NCBI GenBank assembly: GCA_965198225.1
Contig: CBDAOY010000007.1
Coordinates: 512,001-576,000, forward strand
Direction: 5' to 3'
Source of the DNA: Terriglobia bacterium
Lineage (GTDB): Bacteria; Acidobacteriota; Terriglobia; 20CM-2-55-15
DNA length: 64,000 bases
Shown: piece by piece, positions 28,572-38,589 of the stretch
Position numbering within the stretch: position 1 is the stretch's first letter
Layout: every line of letters begins with the position of its first letter
The notes under the pieces: model-generated
Database searches by the model: none
What the model was told of the DNA's origin: nothing
Seen by the model: only the letters and a program-made list of their open reading frames with translations
Translations under genes and position numbers: made by a program

Positions 28572-29230
28572 CGGGTCATGGCCATTGTCTTGTCGCAGCC
28601 ACCCCACCACGCTGAGAGCCTGGCGACGCGATCGGATTCCTTCAGCTGAAGATCCGGAGCGACCTCCTTCAATGATCGGACGGTGGCGGTCTGGCATTCC
28701 CCAAACGTGAAGTGTTCGATGTCGGAGATACCGCCGACGGCCATGCTCAGGACACTCGACCCGTCGGGCGCCTCGGCCCGCGGATCTGCGCCCTCGCGGA
28801 GGAGCGCCTCGACGAGGATTGCATTCCCGTAGCCCGCGGCCATCATCAACGCCGTTCCTCCGTTTCTGGATCGGCGGTTCACGTCAACGCCACGATCCAA
28901 CATGAAGCGTACCGCCGAATCGTTACCCGTATGGATCGCGTGCATCAGAACCGTCCAGCCGTTGTTGCCCTCATCGACCGCGTTCGGGTCGGCACCCAAA
29001 TCCAGCAGAGCGGTGATTTCCGGGGCGTTGCCGTCTCTGACGGCCCGCATGATAGGAGTCCACCCCTCTTCGTCCATCGCGTTAGGGTAGTGCTCTTCCT
29101 CTTGAGGCGCGATTGCCTGCGTGGGCCCGGAAGGGACAGTTGGGCGGTCAGACGGATCGGACTGCGATGCGGAGCAGCCGAAGACGGATGAACAGAGAAG
29201 GCACATCAGCAGCCGGACGGTCCTCTTCAT
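28568..29230 (-). CDS. Ankyrin-repeat lipoprotein
   Basis: Lipobox VFGC; GWTPIM, GWTVLMHA, GGTALMMAA repeats. Confidence 0.9.
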   Translation of the reverse strand: MKRTVRLLMCLLCSSVFGCSASQSDPSDRPTVPSGPTQAIAPQEEEHYPNAMDEEGWTPIMRAVRDGNAPEITALLDLGADPNAVDEGNNGWTVLMHAIHTGNDSAVRFMLDRGVDVNRRSRNGGTALMMAAGYGNAILVEALLREGADPRAEAPDGSSVLSMAVGGISDIEHFTFGECQTATVRSLKEVAPDLQLKESDRVARLSAWWGGCDKTMAMTR

Positions 29231-29416
29231 GCTTGCCTTTCCCCGAGTCGGATGGAAGGAGTGTTACGTCGATGGCTTTGTATTGTAATGTTATTTGTGA
29301 TTAGGGCAGCCTAGGGCAACTGCTGAATCTTAGTGAGTCAACCGGCCACCCTACACATTTTGGCCAAGATTATGTAGGATACTGCCAGGGCCGCTTCCAC
29401 TCATAGGAGGTGAGTG

Positions 29417-29581
29417 ATGCGTTTGAACTGCCCGCGGTGTCGATCGGAGGAAATTCGCCGGTCGGTGCGGCGGGGGCTGAAGGAATCACTGCTGAAGCGG
29501 ATCCGAATCGTGCCCTACCGGTGCATCCGGTGTGAAAGGCGCTTCTTCCGGTTTCGGCCGTTGATCCCGCGCCGGGTGTGA
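29417..29581 (+). CDS. 54-aa basic zinc-ribbon microprotein (below ORF-track cutoff)
   Basis: RBS AGGAGGT; MRLNCPRCRSEEIRRSVRRGLKESLLKRIRIVPYRCIRCERRFFRFRPLIPRRV. Confidence 0.82.
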   Translation: MRLNCPRCRSEEIRRSVRRGLKESLLKRIRIVPYRCIRCERRFFRFRPLIPRRV

Positions 29582-29770
29582 CCACTTCCTGATTGCCTCT
29601 CCCAGGTCCCCGACTGTTTCAACCTTACATGTGCTTTTCCCTGGTGCTATAATTCGCCGTTTGCTTGTGTTTTTCTTGTTCTGATCCTCATATCTACCAC
29701 CAGTCATCTCGCTCGGTTGCTCTGAATCGCTCGGGGAACTGCTGGAAACGATTCGACGGAAGGTGTTCCC

Positions 29771-30697
29771 ATGAGCGCGGAGTCTCTGCGAGCCGCTGAC
29801 GAGAAGATCGCCTGGATCGGCTCCATTCCCTTTTTCCTGATTCATCTCACCCCCCTGCTGGCCATCTGGACCGGTGTCCGGGTCGGCGACGTGGCGCTTT
29901 GCGTCGCGCTTTACTTCATCCGTATGTTCTTCCTGTCGGCGGGCTACCACCGTTATTTCGCGCATCGGGGATACAAGCTGGGCCGCGGGATGCAATTCGT
30001 GATGGCCCTCGGCGGATCGACCGCCGCCCAGAAGGGACCTCTGTGGTGGGCCGGCTACCATCGGCACCATCATTGGTATTCCGACCAGCCGGGCGATATT
30101 CATTCGCCCAGGGATGGCTTCTTCTGGAGTCATGTGGGTTGGATACTTTGCCCCAAGTACGCCCGAACTCCAGTCGAACTGATGAAAGATTTCGCGAAGT
30201 TTCCCGAGATTCGGTGGATCAACAAGTATTATCTCGTTCCGCCCGTTCTGCTCGCTGCAGGCTGCTACCTGGTCGGAGGCGCCCCCACTCTCGTCGTCGG
30301 ATTCCTGCTCTCCACCGTTCTACTCTTCCACGGGACATTCTTCGTCAACTCGCTGACCCACCTGTTCGGGAAGCGGCGCTACGAGACCGCCGACACGAGC
30401 CGGAACTCTTTTCTTCTGGCGTTGATTACGGGCGGCGAAGGCTGGCACAACAACCACCACCACTACGAGACCACCGCCAACAACGGGTTCTTCTGGTGGG
30501 AAATCGACAGCAGCTACTACGTCCTGAAGATTCTGAGCTGGCTGGGTCTGGCTTGGGACCTCCGGCTTCCTCCCAAGTTTGTCTTGGAGGGCAGACGCGC
30601 TACTTTTGAAGACTACGAGATGGAGCCGCCGTCATGGTGGGATGAGGCTCGGGCCGAAGCTGTTACCTCCGCCGACGGTTCCGCCGGCGACAGTTAG
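29771..30697 (+). CDS. Acyl-CoA (delta-9-type) fatty acid desaturase
   Basis: His boxes HRYFAH, HRHHH, HNNHH. Confidence 0.95.
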   Translation: MSAESLRAADEKIAWIGSIPFFLIHLTPLLAIWTGVRVGDVALCVALYFIRMFFLSAGYHRYFAHRGYKLGRGMQFVMALGGSTAAQKGPLWWAGYHRHHHWYSDQPGDIHSPRDGFFWSHVGWILCPKYARTPVELMKDFAKFPEIRWINKYYLVPPVLLAAGCYLVGGAPTLVVGFLLSTVLLFHGTFFVNSLTHLFGKRRYETADTSRNSFLLALITGGEGWHNNHHHYETTANNGFFWWEIDSSYYVLKILSWLGLAWDLRLPPKFVLEGRRATFEDYEMEPPSWWDEARAEAVTSADGSAGDS

Positions 30698-30705
30698 TTT
30701 CGCCG

Positions 30706-30978
30706 ATGTCGCAGACCATCAAGCTTGCGCTCTCCATCGGGCTCGGCGTGGCGTTCCTGGCCTACCTGGTTTACTCTTCGTTGGGATTGAACCCGATCAC
30801 ATGTGAAGTCTGCGTCGAGTTTCGGGGTCGAGTCGATTGTCGGAGCGCCTCCGGCGAGTCCAACGAGGAAGCGATCCAGACCGGGATCCAGAATGCCTGC
30901 TCCCTGATCACCAACGGGCGCGATGAATCGATCTCCTGTACTTCGCGGCCGCCCCAGAGTGCGACCTGCACGGACTAA
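30706..30978 (+). CDS. Small membrane-anchored protein with six cysteines
   Basis: N-terminal TM then CEVC..C..C..C..C; 8 bp after the desaturase stop. Confidence 0.78.
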   Translation: MSQTIKLALSIGLGVAFLAYLVYSSLGLNPITCEVCVEFRGRVDCRSASGESNEEAIQTGIQNACSLITNGRDESISCTSRPPQSATCTD

Positions 30979-31565
30979 AGCGACAGCCCTTCTATGCCGA
31001 AATTGCCGGGGCTCGAGCCCTGGACTTCCTTCCTCCGCTCCGCGTTCCACTCGACGAGGGGATGTGTTCTTGTCTTCGGGACCTTCGATTTCTCGAACAC
31101 GCGGCGGGGCTGGCTCAAGATCCATCCTCCTTTGACTTTCCCACCGGCGGGTCCGCTTGCCCAGAGTTCGCCTCTCACGACCCATACAGTGCTTTCCCGG
31201 ACGAGGTAGATCCCGGGCTTGACGATCTGGGCTTCCAGAGAACCGGTCCGTATCGTGATTGGCATGTCCTTCTCGACCCGTCCGGCGTCGATAAGGGCCA
31301 CTCCTTTCGATACCCGTACGATGATGTTGTCCAGATCCTCGCACTCGAGAACGATCTCGGACCGGCTCCCTATGCGAACATAAGAGTACGGGTTCAGCAA
31401 GATCTCCAGCCTGGTGTCGTCGCCGGTCGTAACCGGATTGCCCTCGCCAAGGTGGTCCTGGACCCTGACGTCGTGGTCGACGAGCCCGTCGATGAGCGTC
31501 ACGAGGCCGGCCCGCGCGGAAACAATCGGGTGCTGAAGGAGTAACAGGAGAATGACGGCTTTCAT
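30975..31565 (-). CDS. Secreted FecR-domain-like protein
   Basis: ISARAG-type start, RLEILLNP.SYVRIG, KPGIY. Confidence 0.7.
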   Translation of the reverse strand: MKAVILLLLLQHPIVSARAGLVTLIDGLVDHDVRVQDHLGEGNPVTTGDDTRLEILLNPYSYVRIGSRSEIVLECEDLDNIIVRVSKGVALIDAGRVEKDMPITIRTGSLEAQIVKPGIYLVRESTVWVVRGELWASGPAGGKVKGGWILSQPRRVFEKSKVPKTRTHPLVEWNAERRKEVQGSSPGNFGIEGLSL

Positions 31566-31671
31566 TGTCGGCTATGTATTGTAGCCTCAAGATCGTTGTC
31601 AGTGAAGCGGTGTGGGTTCTTGGTCAGAAGTGACGAGTGAGAATAGCTCGAAGGTTTTGTCGGAGGTTTGA

Positions 31672-32388
31672 ATGGAACGGATGATTGCTTTCCTCGTGGT
31701 CCTGTTCTTGATGGTCGGTCCGGTTTGGGCCCAGTCCGACGGCACCGACCAGCCATTGCTCAGCGTCAACGGATCCGCGGAGGTGCGTGTCGAGCCCGAC
31801 ATCGCGACCGTGAGGCTCGGCGTCGTCGAGGAGGCGACGACGGCCCGGGAGGCCCAGGACGGCGCCAATCGACTTGCAGCCGGCATCCTCGGGGCCATCC
31901 GAAGTGTAGGGATCCGAGAGGATCACCTTCAGACATCGCGTCTGACGCTGACCCCGATCTATTCCCGCTCGCGACCGGGTGATGTCTCCGCCCCGCGAAT
32001 CGTCGCCTACCGTGCTTCCAACGAGGTGTCGGTCCGAATCGAGGAATTGATCCGGGTCGGGGAAGTGATCGATGCTGGGCTGGGGGCCGGCGCCAATCAG
32101 CTCCAGGGAATCAGCTTCGGGCTGGAGGACGACCTGCCCGCGCGCGAGAACGCGCTCAGGCAGGCAGTCGCGGAGGCGCGCCGGAAGGCCGCGGCGATGG
32201 CCGACGCTTTGGACGTCGAGCTCGGCTCGATCATCTCTGTCGAGGAAGGTAGTGTCTCCATAGCACGTCCCATGATGGACATGGGGGGCCGGGCGATGGC
32301 GATGCAGGAGGCCGCCCCCACACCGGTTGCACCCGGCGAAGTGAGAGTCAGCGCCACCGTTTCCATCCGGTATCGGATCCTGCAGTAG
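31672..32388 (+). CDS. SIMPL (DUF541) domain protein
   Basis: Signal peptide, VNGSAEV..PDIA, AGANQLQGISF, ARRKA, PGE. Confidence 0.93.
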   Translation: MERMIAFLVVLFLMVGPVWAQSDGTDQPLLSVNGSAEVRVEPDIATVRLGVVEEATTAREAQDGANRLAAGILGAIRSVGIREDHLQTSRLTLTPIYSRSRPGDVSAPRIVAYRASNEVSVRIEELIRVGEVIDAGLGAGANQLQGISFGLEDDLPARENALRQAVAEARRKAAAMADALDVELGSIISVEEGSVSIARPMMDMGGRAMAMQEAAPTPVAPGEVRVSATVSIRYRILQ

Positions 32389-32390
32389 CC

Positions 32391-32411
32391 TGTAGGTGCG
32401 GTCTTTGACCG
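32391..32411 (+). repeat. Single GTAG REP
   Basis: TGTAGGTGCGGTCTTTGACCG. Confidence 0.65.
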
Positions 32412-32421
32412 GAACCATCTA

Positions 32422-32534
32422 TTAGCGTCGGGCCCACCGTCCCCCTCCCGACGAAAGATTGAGCGTTCAAGCACTGATCGCTCTGTCCGGGTTTTGCGGA
32501 GAAAGGCAGCTGGTCCGGCCCCCCCCCCCACGCC
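32422..32534. repeat. Dispersed ~110-bp element, copy 2
   Basis: Shares blocks and spacing with 5814-5922. Confidence 0.8.
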
Positions 32535-32627
32535 GGTTCCTCTCCAGTCGCGCCATTCCTGGTGTGCTCACACATAGCGCGACCGATCGTAGGGTTTCGC
32601 TGTCTCAGGCCTGGGAGAAGAACTGGA

Positions 32628-33560
32628 TCAGCGGGACGAGATGAACTCGAACAGGAGGTTCGCCGCCAGCAGAGCCGTCACCTGACCCGGCCCGTCGTAG
32701 AGCGGCGTAACCTCGACCAGATCGAAGCCGACGACGTCGAGTCCCTTCATCGCCCGCACGAAGGTCAGCGCCTCGTAACTGTCGAGCCCCCCGACTTCGG
32801 GCGTACCGGTACCGGGGGCGAACGCCGGGTCGACGCAATCGATATCGAAGGACACGTAGATCTTTCCTTCTGCTCGAGATCGCATCTCATCGGCGATCTT
32901 GCGGACGCCGTTCTCCCGAATCTCGTCGATAGTGATCCACCGGATGTCATGCTGCTTGTGAAAGTCGAAGTCGTCGGACGAGAACAGCGGGCCGCGGATA
33001 CCGATCTGTGTCATCCGATGAGTATCCACCAGGCCTTCTTCAACAGCTCGTCTGAACGGCGTGCCGTGAAAGTACTTGCCCCCGAAGTACTCGTCCCAGG
33101 TGTCGGGATGCGCATCGAAGTGAATCAGGCCGACCGGTCCGTGCTTCATGGCGACCGCACGAAGGATCGGCAGCGTGATGGAATGGTCTCCGCCGACCGA
33201 CACGGGTAGAATCGAGCGATCCAGGAGCCGCGTGATACCGGCCTCGACAAGTTCGTTGGTTTTCTCGATGCTGTTCGGGGCCGTATCGATGTCCCCGCAA
33301 TCGGCGACGTTATTGTTGTCGAATGGGTGGGATTCCAAATGCCGGTTGTAAGGTCGAATCAACGACGACTGTTCGCGAATCTCCCTCGGGCCGAAGCGGG
33401 CTCCTGGCCGGTAGGACGTCCCTCCGTCATAGGCGATGCCGGTAAGTGCGATGTCGACGTCTTCCAGATCCGGTACGTAGGGAAGCCTCATGAAGGTTGC
33501 CGGTTGGGAGAACCGGGGCGAGTTCATGGAGTCCTTAGGCTGGTATTTTCCCGGGCTCAT
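32628..33560 (-). CDS. speB: Agmatinase (ureohydrolase family)
   Basis: GARFGP, GGDHS, DAHPD, SFDIDCVDPAFAPGTGTP. Confidence 0.93.
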   Translation of the reverse strand: MSPGKYQPKDSMNSPRFSQPATFMRLPYVPDLEDVDIALTGIAYDGGTSYRPGARFGPREIREQSSLIRPYNRHLESHPFDNNNVADCGDIDTAPNSIEKTNELVEAGITRLLDRSILPVSVGGDHSITLPILRAVAMKHGPVGLIHFDAHPDTWDEYFGGKYFHGTPFRRAVEEGLVDTHRMTQIGIRGPLFSSDDFDFHKQHDIRWITIDEIRENGVRKIADEMRSRAEGKIYVSFDIDCVDPAFAPGTGTPEVGGLDSYEALTFVRAMKGLDVVGFDLVEVTPLYDGPGQVTALLAANLLFEFISSR

Positions 33561-33642
33561 CAGCGGGCATCTTAACACGGGGCTCCGGCACCGGTTCCCG
33601 GTGCCGTGTGGCCCACTGGAGGCCGCTGACGGGATGCATTTC

Positions 33643-33915
33643 TAGTGACCTGCAACAGTGCTATCGGTACCAGCGTTCGGCGGAACGGCGTCGGATTCTA
33701 GGAGTGACGCCCGAGCCAATGCTGTTTCATTGCGAGGGAGTTACGACACCGAAGACGGCGCCGTTGGGCCGAACCCTTCGGGCCGATGGGGGTTGCGGGC
33801 GATCTCTTTGTCGGAAGCCGTCACCGATGAAAGAGCATCGCTTTCCGCCTCCCTCCTCGACCTCGCCCGCAAGACCCATCGGCGATGGTGCCGATAGCAC
33901 TGTTACAGGCCACTA
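33643..33915. mobile_element. 273-bp MITE-like element with 30-bp TIRs
   Basis: TAGTGACCTGCAACAGTGCTATCGGTACCA / TGGTGCCGATAGCACTGTTACAGGCCACTA (27/30); internal hairpins. Confidence 0.8.
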
Positions 33916-33920
33916 ATCCT

Positions 33921-34235
33921 TCAATCGGAGGCCGCCGGCGCCCAGAAACGGACTTCGCAGTGGCTGCATCGATAAGCGCGGGAAAAGATCCTCACTCGCT
34001 CCAGCCCCCGGCGCTTCGACCTCCGCGCTGCCCGTCCGCATGTGGGACACGGCTTGGTGCGATTCGGTTCGGAATGCCTGGGGGATTCCGTTGCACGCCA
34101 GATGGGCCCGAGCTGAATGCGGTCGCATTTCAAGCATCGCACGGGACGCCGCAAGGTCAGCAGTGCCAGGTAATCGGACAACCGGCCGAAGGGTTCCGGG
34201 CTCCAGTGGCTGTTGTTGCATCTCGGGCAGTGCAT
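33921..34235 (-). CDS. Double zinc-ribbon small protein
   Basis: CPRC..RCLKC and CPTC..RRSKRRGLE..YRCSHCEVRF. Confidence 0.8.
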   Translation of the reverse strand: MHCPRCNNSHWSPEPFGRLSDYLALLTLRRPVRCLKCDRIQLGPIWRATESPRHSEPNRTKPCPTCGRAARRSKRRGLERVRIFSRAYRCSHCEVRFWAPAASD

Positions 34236-34454
34236 CGGATCAGGCAGCTCCTACAATAACCCACAAAAAGGAAATTACTGTAAATCCTATCACCGCTGGT
34301 AGGCGCTTGTACAGGATGGGTTTGCTTCCCGATAGAGTCAAGCATTCCCCTTCGGTCAGCGAACGTCGGCGATCGAAACAAGTCGTCCACAAAAGGGCCG
34401 TAATGTGCTATTTTTTTCCGCCTAAACCAGTTCGCCTACGAAGGAGACCACATC

Positions 34455-34974
34455 GTGAAAAGATTGATCCTGGCTACCCTCATCGTGAGTGCGCCCCTCA
34501 TCAGCACCACGCTCGTTGCGCATCCCCACTTCAACAAGATTGTCAGCACCAACCTGGGCGGAGTTGATGTGAAGGTTAGCTACCTGACCGTCCCGGCCAA
34601 CGAATCCCACGCCCGCGAGGCCGCAGTCGGGCAGTTCATCTCGCCGCTCGAGCCTCAGTTCGAAACTTCCGGGAACCTGAAGGACGGCGCGAGCGACTGG
34701 AACCGGTGCGGGGGTGTCGATCCCGGCCGGGACTTACACCGTCGGCGTCGTCAAGGACGGCGCGAGCGACTGGAACCTGGTGCTGTATCCGGGTCGTGCG
34801 GGCGGAAACATGGACATGAGCCGGGCCATCACACTCAATTCGATGTTTTCGACCGAGGTGGGTACGACCGAGCATATTCTTATCGACATCACGCCCGGTC
34901 ACGGCGACCACGAGGGAATGGCAACCCTGACCATACACTTCGGCAGCCTGTTTATTTCAGGAGCGCTGTCTTAG
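34455..34974 (+). pseudogene. Secreted DUF2911-like protein frameshifted by a 22-nt templated insertion
   Basis: RBS AAGGAG, signal peptide; removing 34683-34704 gives NLKGAGVSIPAGTYTVG and one open frame. Confidence 0.7.
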
Positions 34975-34975
34975 G

Positions 34976-35136
34976 GACGTAGTCCGTAGGCCGTAGGCCG
35001 TTGTCCGTTGGGATGAAACGCAAAGCCGTCCCCCACCAACAGGCGGCCCTTGCCGTTGAGATCTGACGGCCGACCATCGACCACTGTCGAGGTGTGCGTA
35101 GTGTGCCGCAACGGCCTACGGACAACGGCCTACGCC
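34976..35136. repeat. CGTAGGC/CGTTGTC heptamer inverted repeat between convergent genes
   Basis: CGTAGGCCGTAGGCCGTTGTCCG / CAACGGCCTACGGACAACGGCCTACG. Confidence 0.85.
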
Positions 35137-35138
35137 TC

Positions 35139-35360
35139 TTACTCCTCCCGCCTCTCCTGCCACTCCTCGTACCAGGCCATCTGAATCGCTTCGAGTTTCT
35201 TTTCGTTGGATAACTTCGGATCGTCGTCGAAATCTTCGAGCGCCGTGGTCCAACGGAGCAGGTCTGTGAAGCGGATCGTCAGCGGGTCTTTGTCCGGGAA
35301 CTGGTCGCATAGCGCGATTGCGATGTCTTCGGAATCGATCCAGGTGATTTTTCGATTCAT
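35139..35360 (-). CDS. iscX: Fe-S assembly protein IscX
   Basis: W.D.EDIAIAL, IRFTDL, EKKLEAIQMAW. Confidence 0.95.
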   Translation of the reverse strand: MNRKITWIDSEDIAIALCDQFPDKDPLTIRFTDLLRWTTALEDFDDDPKLSNEKKLEAIQMAWYEEWQERREE

Positions 35361-37159
35361 TGGATCTCCTTGACACGCTTGTTCTTGAGGGCTTTGCCGA
35401 TGGCCGCGGTCATGACGAGCTCCGCCAGCCGCATCGTGGCCTCGTTGACAGCCTCGATCGCGTCACGTATCGCCTCGTGATCCTCTGTCTTGATCGTGTC
35501 CTCCAGATGGCGGACAGCGTCGTCGATCTTCTTTTTTTCGTCGTCGGACAACTCTCCGTACTCCGGTTCCCCCCCCGAACGATCACAGGCCCGCAGCATC
35601 GTCCGGGCCTCATTGCGAGCTTCGATGACAAGTCGCGCTTCGATGTCGGCTTCGGCGTGCTCGAAGGATTCGAGGATCATTTCCTCGACCTGCTCGTCGG
35701 TCAGGCCGTAGGTCGGCTTGACTTCGATCGACTGGTATTTGCCGGTTCGCTCTTCCTTGGCAGAGACGCTCAAGATGCCGTCGGCATCGATCAGGAACTT
35801 CACCCCGATTCGAGGAAGGCCCGCCGGCATCGGTGGGATGTTCTCGAGGTCGAATTCCGCGAGGCTCCTGCAGTCGCCCACGAGTTCTCGCTCTCCCTGG
35901 AGGACATGAATCTTGACGTTCGTCTGACCTTCCACGTACGTCGTGAACGACTCGGTGGCGCTGGCCGGTATCGTCGAGTTCCGGGGGATGATCTGCGACA
36001 TCACACCTCCGATCGTCTCGATGCCGAGTGAAAGTGGCGTCACGTCGAGCAGGAGCGTATCCCTCCGGCTGCCGGATAGGATGTCCGCCTGTACCGCCGC
36101 TCCGAGAGCGACGACTTCTTCGGGGTTGAGCTCAGTGTGGGGCACCTGTCCGAACAACTCCTCGACCCGCTGACGAACCAGCGGGATGCGCGTCGAACCT
36201 CCGACCATGACGACTTCATCGATAGCCCCGGCGTCGATACCGGCATCCTTCAATGCCAGTCTGCAGGGAACGAGGGTCCGCTCAATGATCGGTCCGATCA
36301 AATCCTCGAATTCGCGGCGGGCGATTTCACGCGCGTAGTTGAGTGCGGGAAGGACGACGTCGGCCTCTCCGGCGCTGGACAGGTCTTCCTTCGCGGCTCG
36401 GACCCCAACCCGGATCTCCTGTATCGCATGCTTGTCGGGTTCAGTGCCCAACTCGGCCATCACCAACCGCATGAGCGCCTTGTCGATGTCGTCCCCACCG
36501 AGGTGCGTATCGCCTGCCGTGGATAGAACTTCGAAAATACCCTCACTGAGCTTCAGAATTGATATATCGAACGTACCCCCGCCGAAATCATAGACGGCGA
36601 TGATGCCCTGCTTCCCTTCCTGGAGGCCGTAAGCGAGGGAAGCAGCAGTCGGCTCGTTGACGATCCTCAGCACGTCGAGTCCTGCGATTCGACCGGCATC
36701 CTTGGTTGCCTGACGCTCGGCGTCGTTGAAGTAAGCCGGGACGGTGATCACAGCGTTTGTGATTTCCTCGCCCAGTGCCATTTCGGCGCGGCGCTTCAAC
36801 TCGCGCAACACGAATGCCGACAACTCCGGCGGCGTGTACTCCCGGCCGAAGATGTTGATCCGGACGATGTTCTCGCTCTCCGAAGAAACCTTGAACGGCA
36901 GGAGATCGAGATCGTCCTGTATGTCGTCCAGCCCCTTTCCCATGAAACGCTTGATCGAGAAGATCGTGTGTTCCGGGTCATCGATGATCTTCTCGAGAGC
37001 GCTGTCGCCGACAAGCACGCTCCCGTCTTCCTTGAAATAGGTGACGGACTGGACGATCTTCCGCCCGTCCGCGTCCTCGAGTATCTGGGGCACGCCGCCC
37101 TCCGCGATCGCGACGAGGCTGTTTGTGGTTCCGAGGTCGATTCCTATGAGTCTGGACAT
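35357..37159 (-). CDS. hscA: Fe-S protein assembly chaperone HscA (Hsp70)
   Basis: [24 protein letters not shown]; follows hscB with TAATG overlap. Confidence 0.95.
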   Translation of the reverse strand: MSRLIGIDLGTTNSLVAIAEGGVPQILEDADGRKIVQSVTYFKEDGSVLVGDSALEKIIDDPEHTIFSIKRFMGKGLDDIQDDLDLLPFKVSSESENIVRINIFGREYTPPELSAFVLRELKRRAEMALGEEITNAVITVPAYFNDAERQATKDAGRIAGLDVLRIVNEPTAASLAYGLQEGKQGIIAVYDFGGGTFDISILKLSEGIFEVLSTAGDTHLGGDDIDKALMRLVMAELGTEPDKHAIQEIRVGVRAAKEDLSSAGEADVVLPALNYAREIARREFEDLIGPIIERTLVPCRLALKDAGIDAGAIDEVVMVGGSTRIPLVRQRVEELFGQVPHTELNPEEVVALGAAVQADILSGSRRDTLLLDVTPLSLGIETIGGVMSQIIPRNSTIPASATESFTTYVEGQTNVKIHVLQGERELVGDCRSLAEFDLENIPPMPAGLPRIGVKFLIDADGILSVSAKEERTGKYQSIEVKPTYGLTDEQVEEMILESFEHAEADIEARLVIEARNEARTMLRACDRSGGEPEYGELSDDEKKKIDDAVRHLEDTIKTEDHEAIRDAIEAVNEATMRLAELVMTAAIGKALKNKRVKEIQ

Positions 37160-37722
37160 TACAGCGACACCTCGTTTTCGATATCCCGCTCCAGATTTCG
37201 GATGTAGGAAGCTCGAGAAATGACATCGGATAGTGAAGTCAGCTGCTGGCGGCGGTCTTCCTCGGACGCACCGGTTGAAACCAACGCGTCCCATCGGGCA
37301 AAGGCTTGGGAGAGCTCCTCGTCGTAGGCGCCCCGTTTATCAGCGATCTGCTCATGAAACTCCTTCAGTTCGTCGACCAGCCCACCGACGTCCTGCCCCG
37401 ACTGCCGTCCGGCGCGAATCTGCTCCAGCTCTTCGTTGATCTCGAAGACCTCCATGAGGAGGGTTTGTGGAACCTTGCTCCGCTCGATGGTGAAGCCGCG
37501 GCTTTCGAGCAGGTATTCCGCACGTTTGGTCGGGTTTTTCAACGTCCGGTAGCCATCGTTCAACCGGGCCGTCATCCGAAGAGCCTCTTCCTGTTCATCC
37601 TGGGAGCGGTCGGTATGGAAATCGGGATGATGTCTTCGACTGAGCTCGTGGAACCGCTTCTCCAGATCCGCCAGGTCCAGATTCAGGATCGGCGGCAGGC
37701 CGAATATCTCGAAATAATCCAT
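37159..37722 (-). CDS. hscB: Co-chaperone HscB
   Basis: DYFEIFGL, HPD, LLMEVFEINE. Confidence 0.93.
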   Translation of the reverse strand: MDYFEIFGLPPILNLDLADLEKRFHELSRRHHPDFHTDRSQDEQEEALRMTARLNDGYRTLKNPTKRAEYLLESRGFTIERSKVPQTLLMEVFEINEELEQIRAGRQSGQDVGGLVDELKEFHEQIADKRGAYDEELSQAFARWDALVSTGASEEDRRQQLTSLSDVISRASYIRNLERDIENEVSL

Positions 37723-37779
37723 GTTCAAAAAATAAGGGCCGCGGGGAACGGCCCAGGTTTCCGACGGTAATCGGGCATG

Positions 37780-38106
37780 TCAGATCGAGAACGAATCGCC
37801 GCAGCCGCAAGACTTCTTCGCATTCGGGTTCATGAAGACGAATCCCTTTCCCATCAGGCCGTCGTCGAAATCGAGGACCGTGTTGTTGAGGTAGATGTAG
37901 CTCTTCAAGTCGCAATACAGCTTGACGGCCTCGCGTTCGAACACCTTGTCGCCCTTCCGGGTCTCCGACTCGAAGCCGAGGTTGTAGGACAGGCCGGAGC
38001 AGCCTCCGCCCTTGACGCCGACGCGCAAACCGCCGGCGTCGACTCCCTCTTTGTCCCGGAGCCTCTTGATTTCGTCGACGGCCCGGTCTGTGATTTCAAT
38101 CGCCAC
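37780..38106 (-). CDS. iscA: A-type Fe-S carrier
   Basis: GGGCSGLSY, NPNA..SCGCGDSF. Confidence 0.95.
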   Translation of the reverse strand: MAIEITDRAVDEIKRLRDKEGVDAGGLRVGVKGGGCSGLSYNLGFESETRKGDKVFEREAVKLYCDLKSYIYLNNTVLDFDDGLMGKGFVFMNPNAKKSCGCGDSFSI

Positions 38107-38135
38107 TCCCTGACAACCTCCAGGTACTCGGACTT

Positions 38136-38531
38136 CTAGGCGCCGTCCTCGGGGTGTTTGTCTTTCCAGTCGTTGATGGCCGCCTTGATTGCATCTTCGG
38201 CCAGTACGGAGCAGTGAATCTTCACCGGCGGCAGGCTGAGTTCCTTCACGATTTCGGTGTTCTTGATCGTGAGAGCCTCATCCAGCGTTTTGCCCTTGAC
38301 CCACTCGGTTGCGAGACTCGAGCTGGCGATCGCGCTGCCGCACCCGAAGGTCTTGAACTTGGCGTCCTCGATGACTCCGCTCCCCTCGTCGACCTTGATC
38401 TGCAGCTTCATCACGTCGCCGCACTCAGGTGCTCCGACCAGGCCGGTGCCGACATCGTCCTCGTCTTTCTTGAACGAGCCGACGTTTCGCGGGTTGTTGT
38501 AGTGATCAACTACCTTTTCTGAATAGGCCAT
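38136..38531 (-). CDS. iscU: Fe-S scaffold IscU
   Basis: NPRNVG, CGDVM, GCGSAIAS, LPPVKIHC. Confidence 0.97.
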   Translation of the reverse strand: MAYSEKVVDHYNNPRNVGSFKKDEDDVGTGLVGAPECGDVMKLQIKVDEGSGVIEDAKFKTFGCGSAIASSSLATEWVKGKTLDEALTIKNTEIVKELSLPPVKIHCSVLAEDAIKAAINDWKDKHPEDGA

Positions 38532-38589
38532 TTCCCATGATCTCCTTTGTTTCGAATGCCTCGCTGCTTGAAACGGTTAGCAATGATTC

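Noticed and set aside
33608-33916. Short ORFs within the MITE
   Set aside because: No motifs or RBS; no transposase similarity evident
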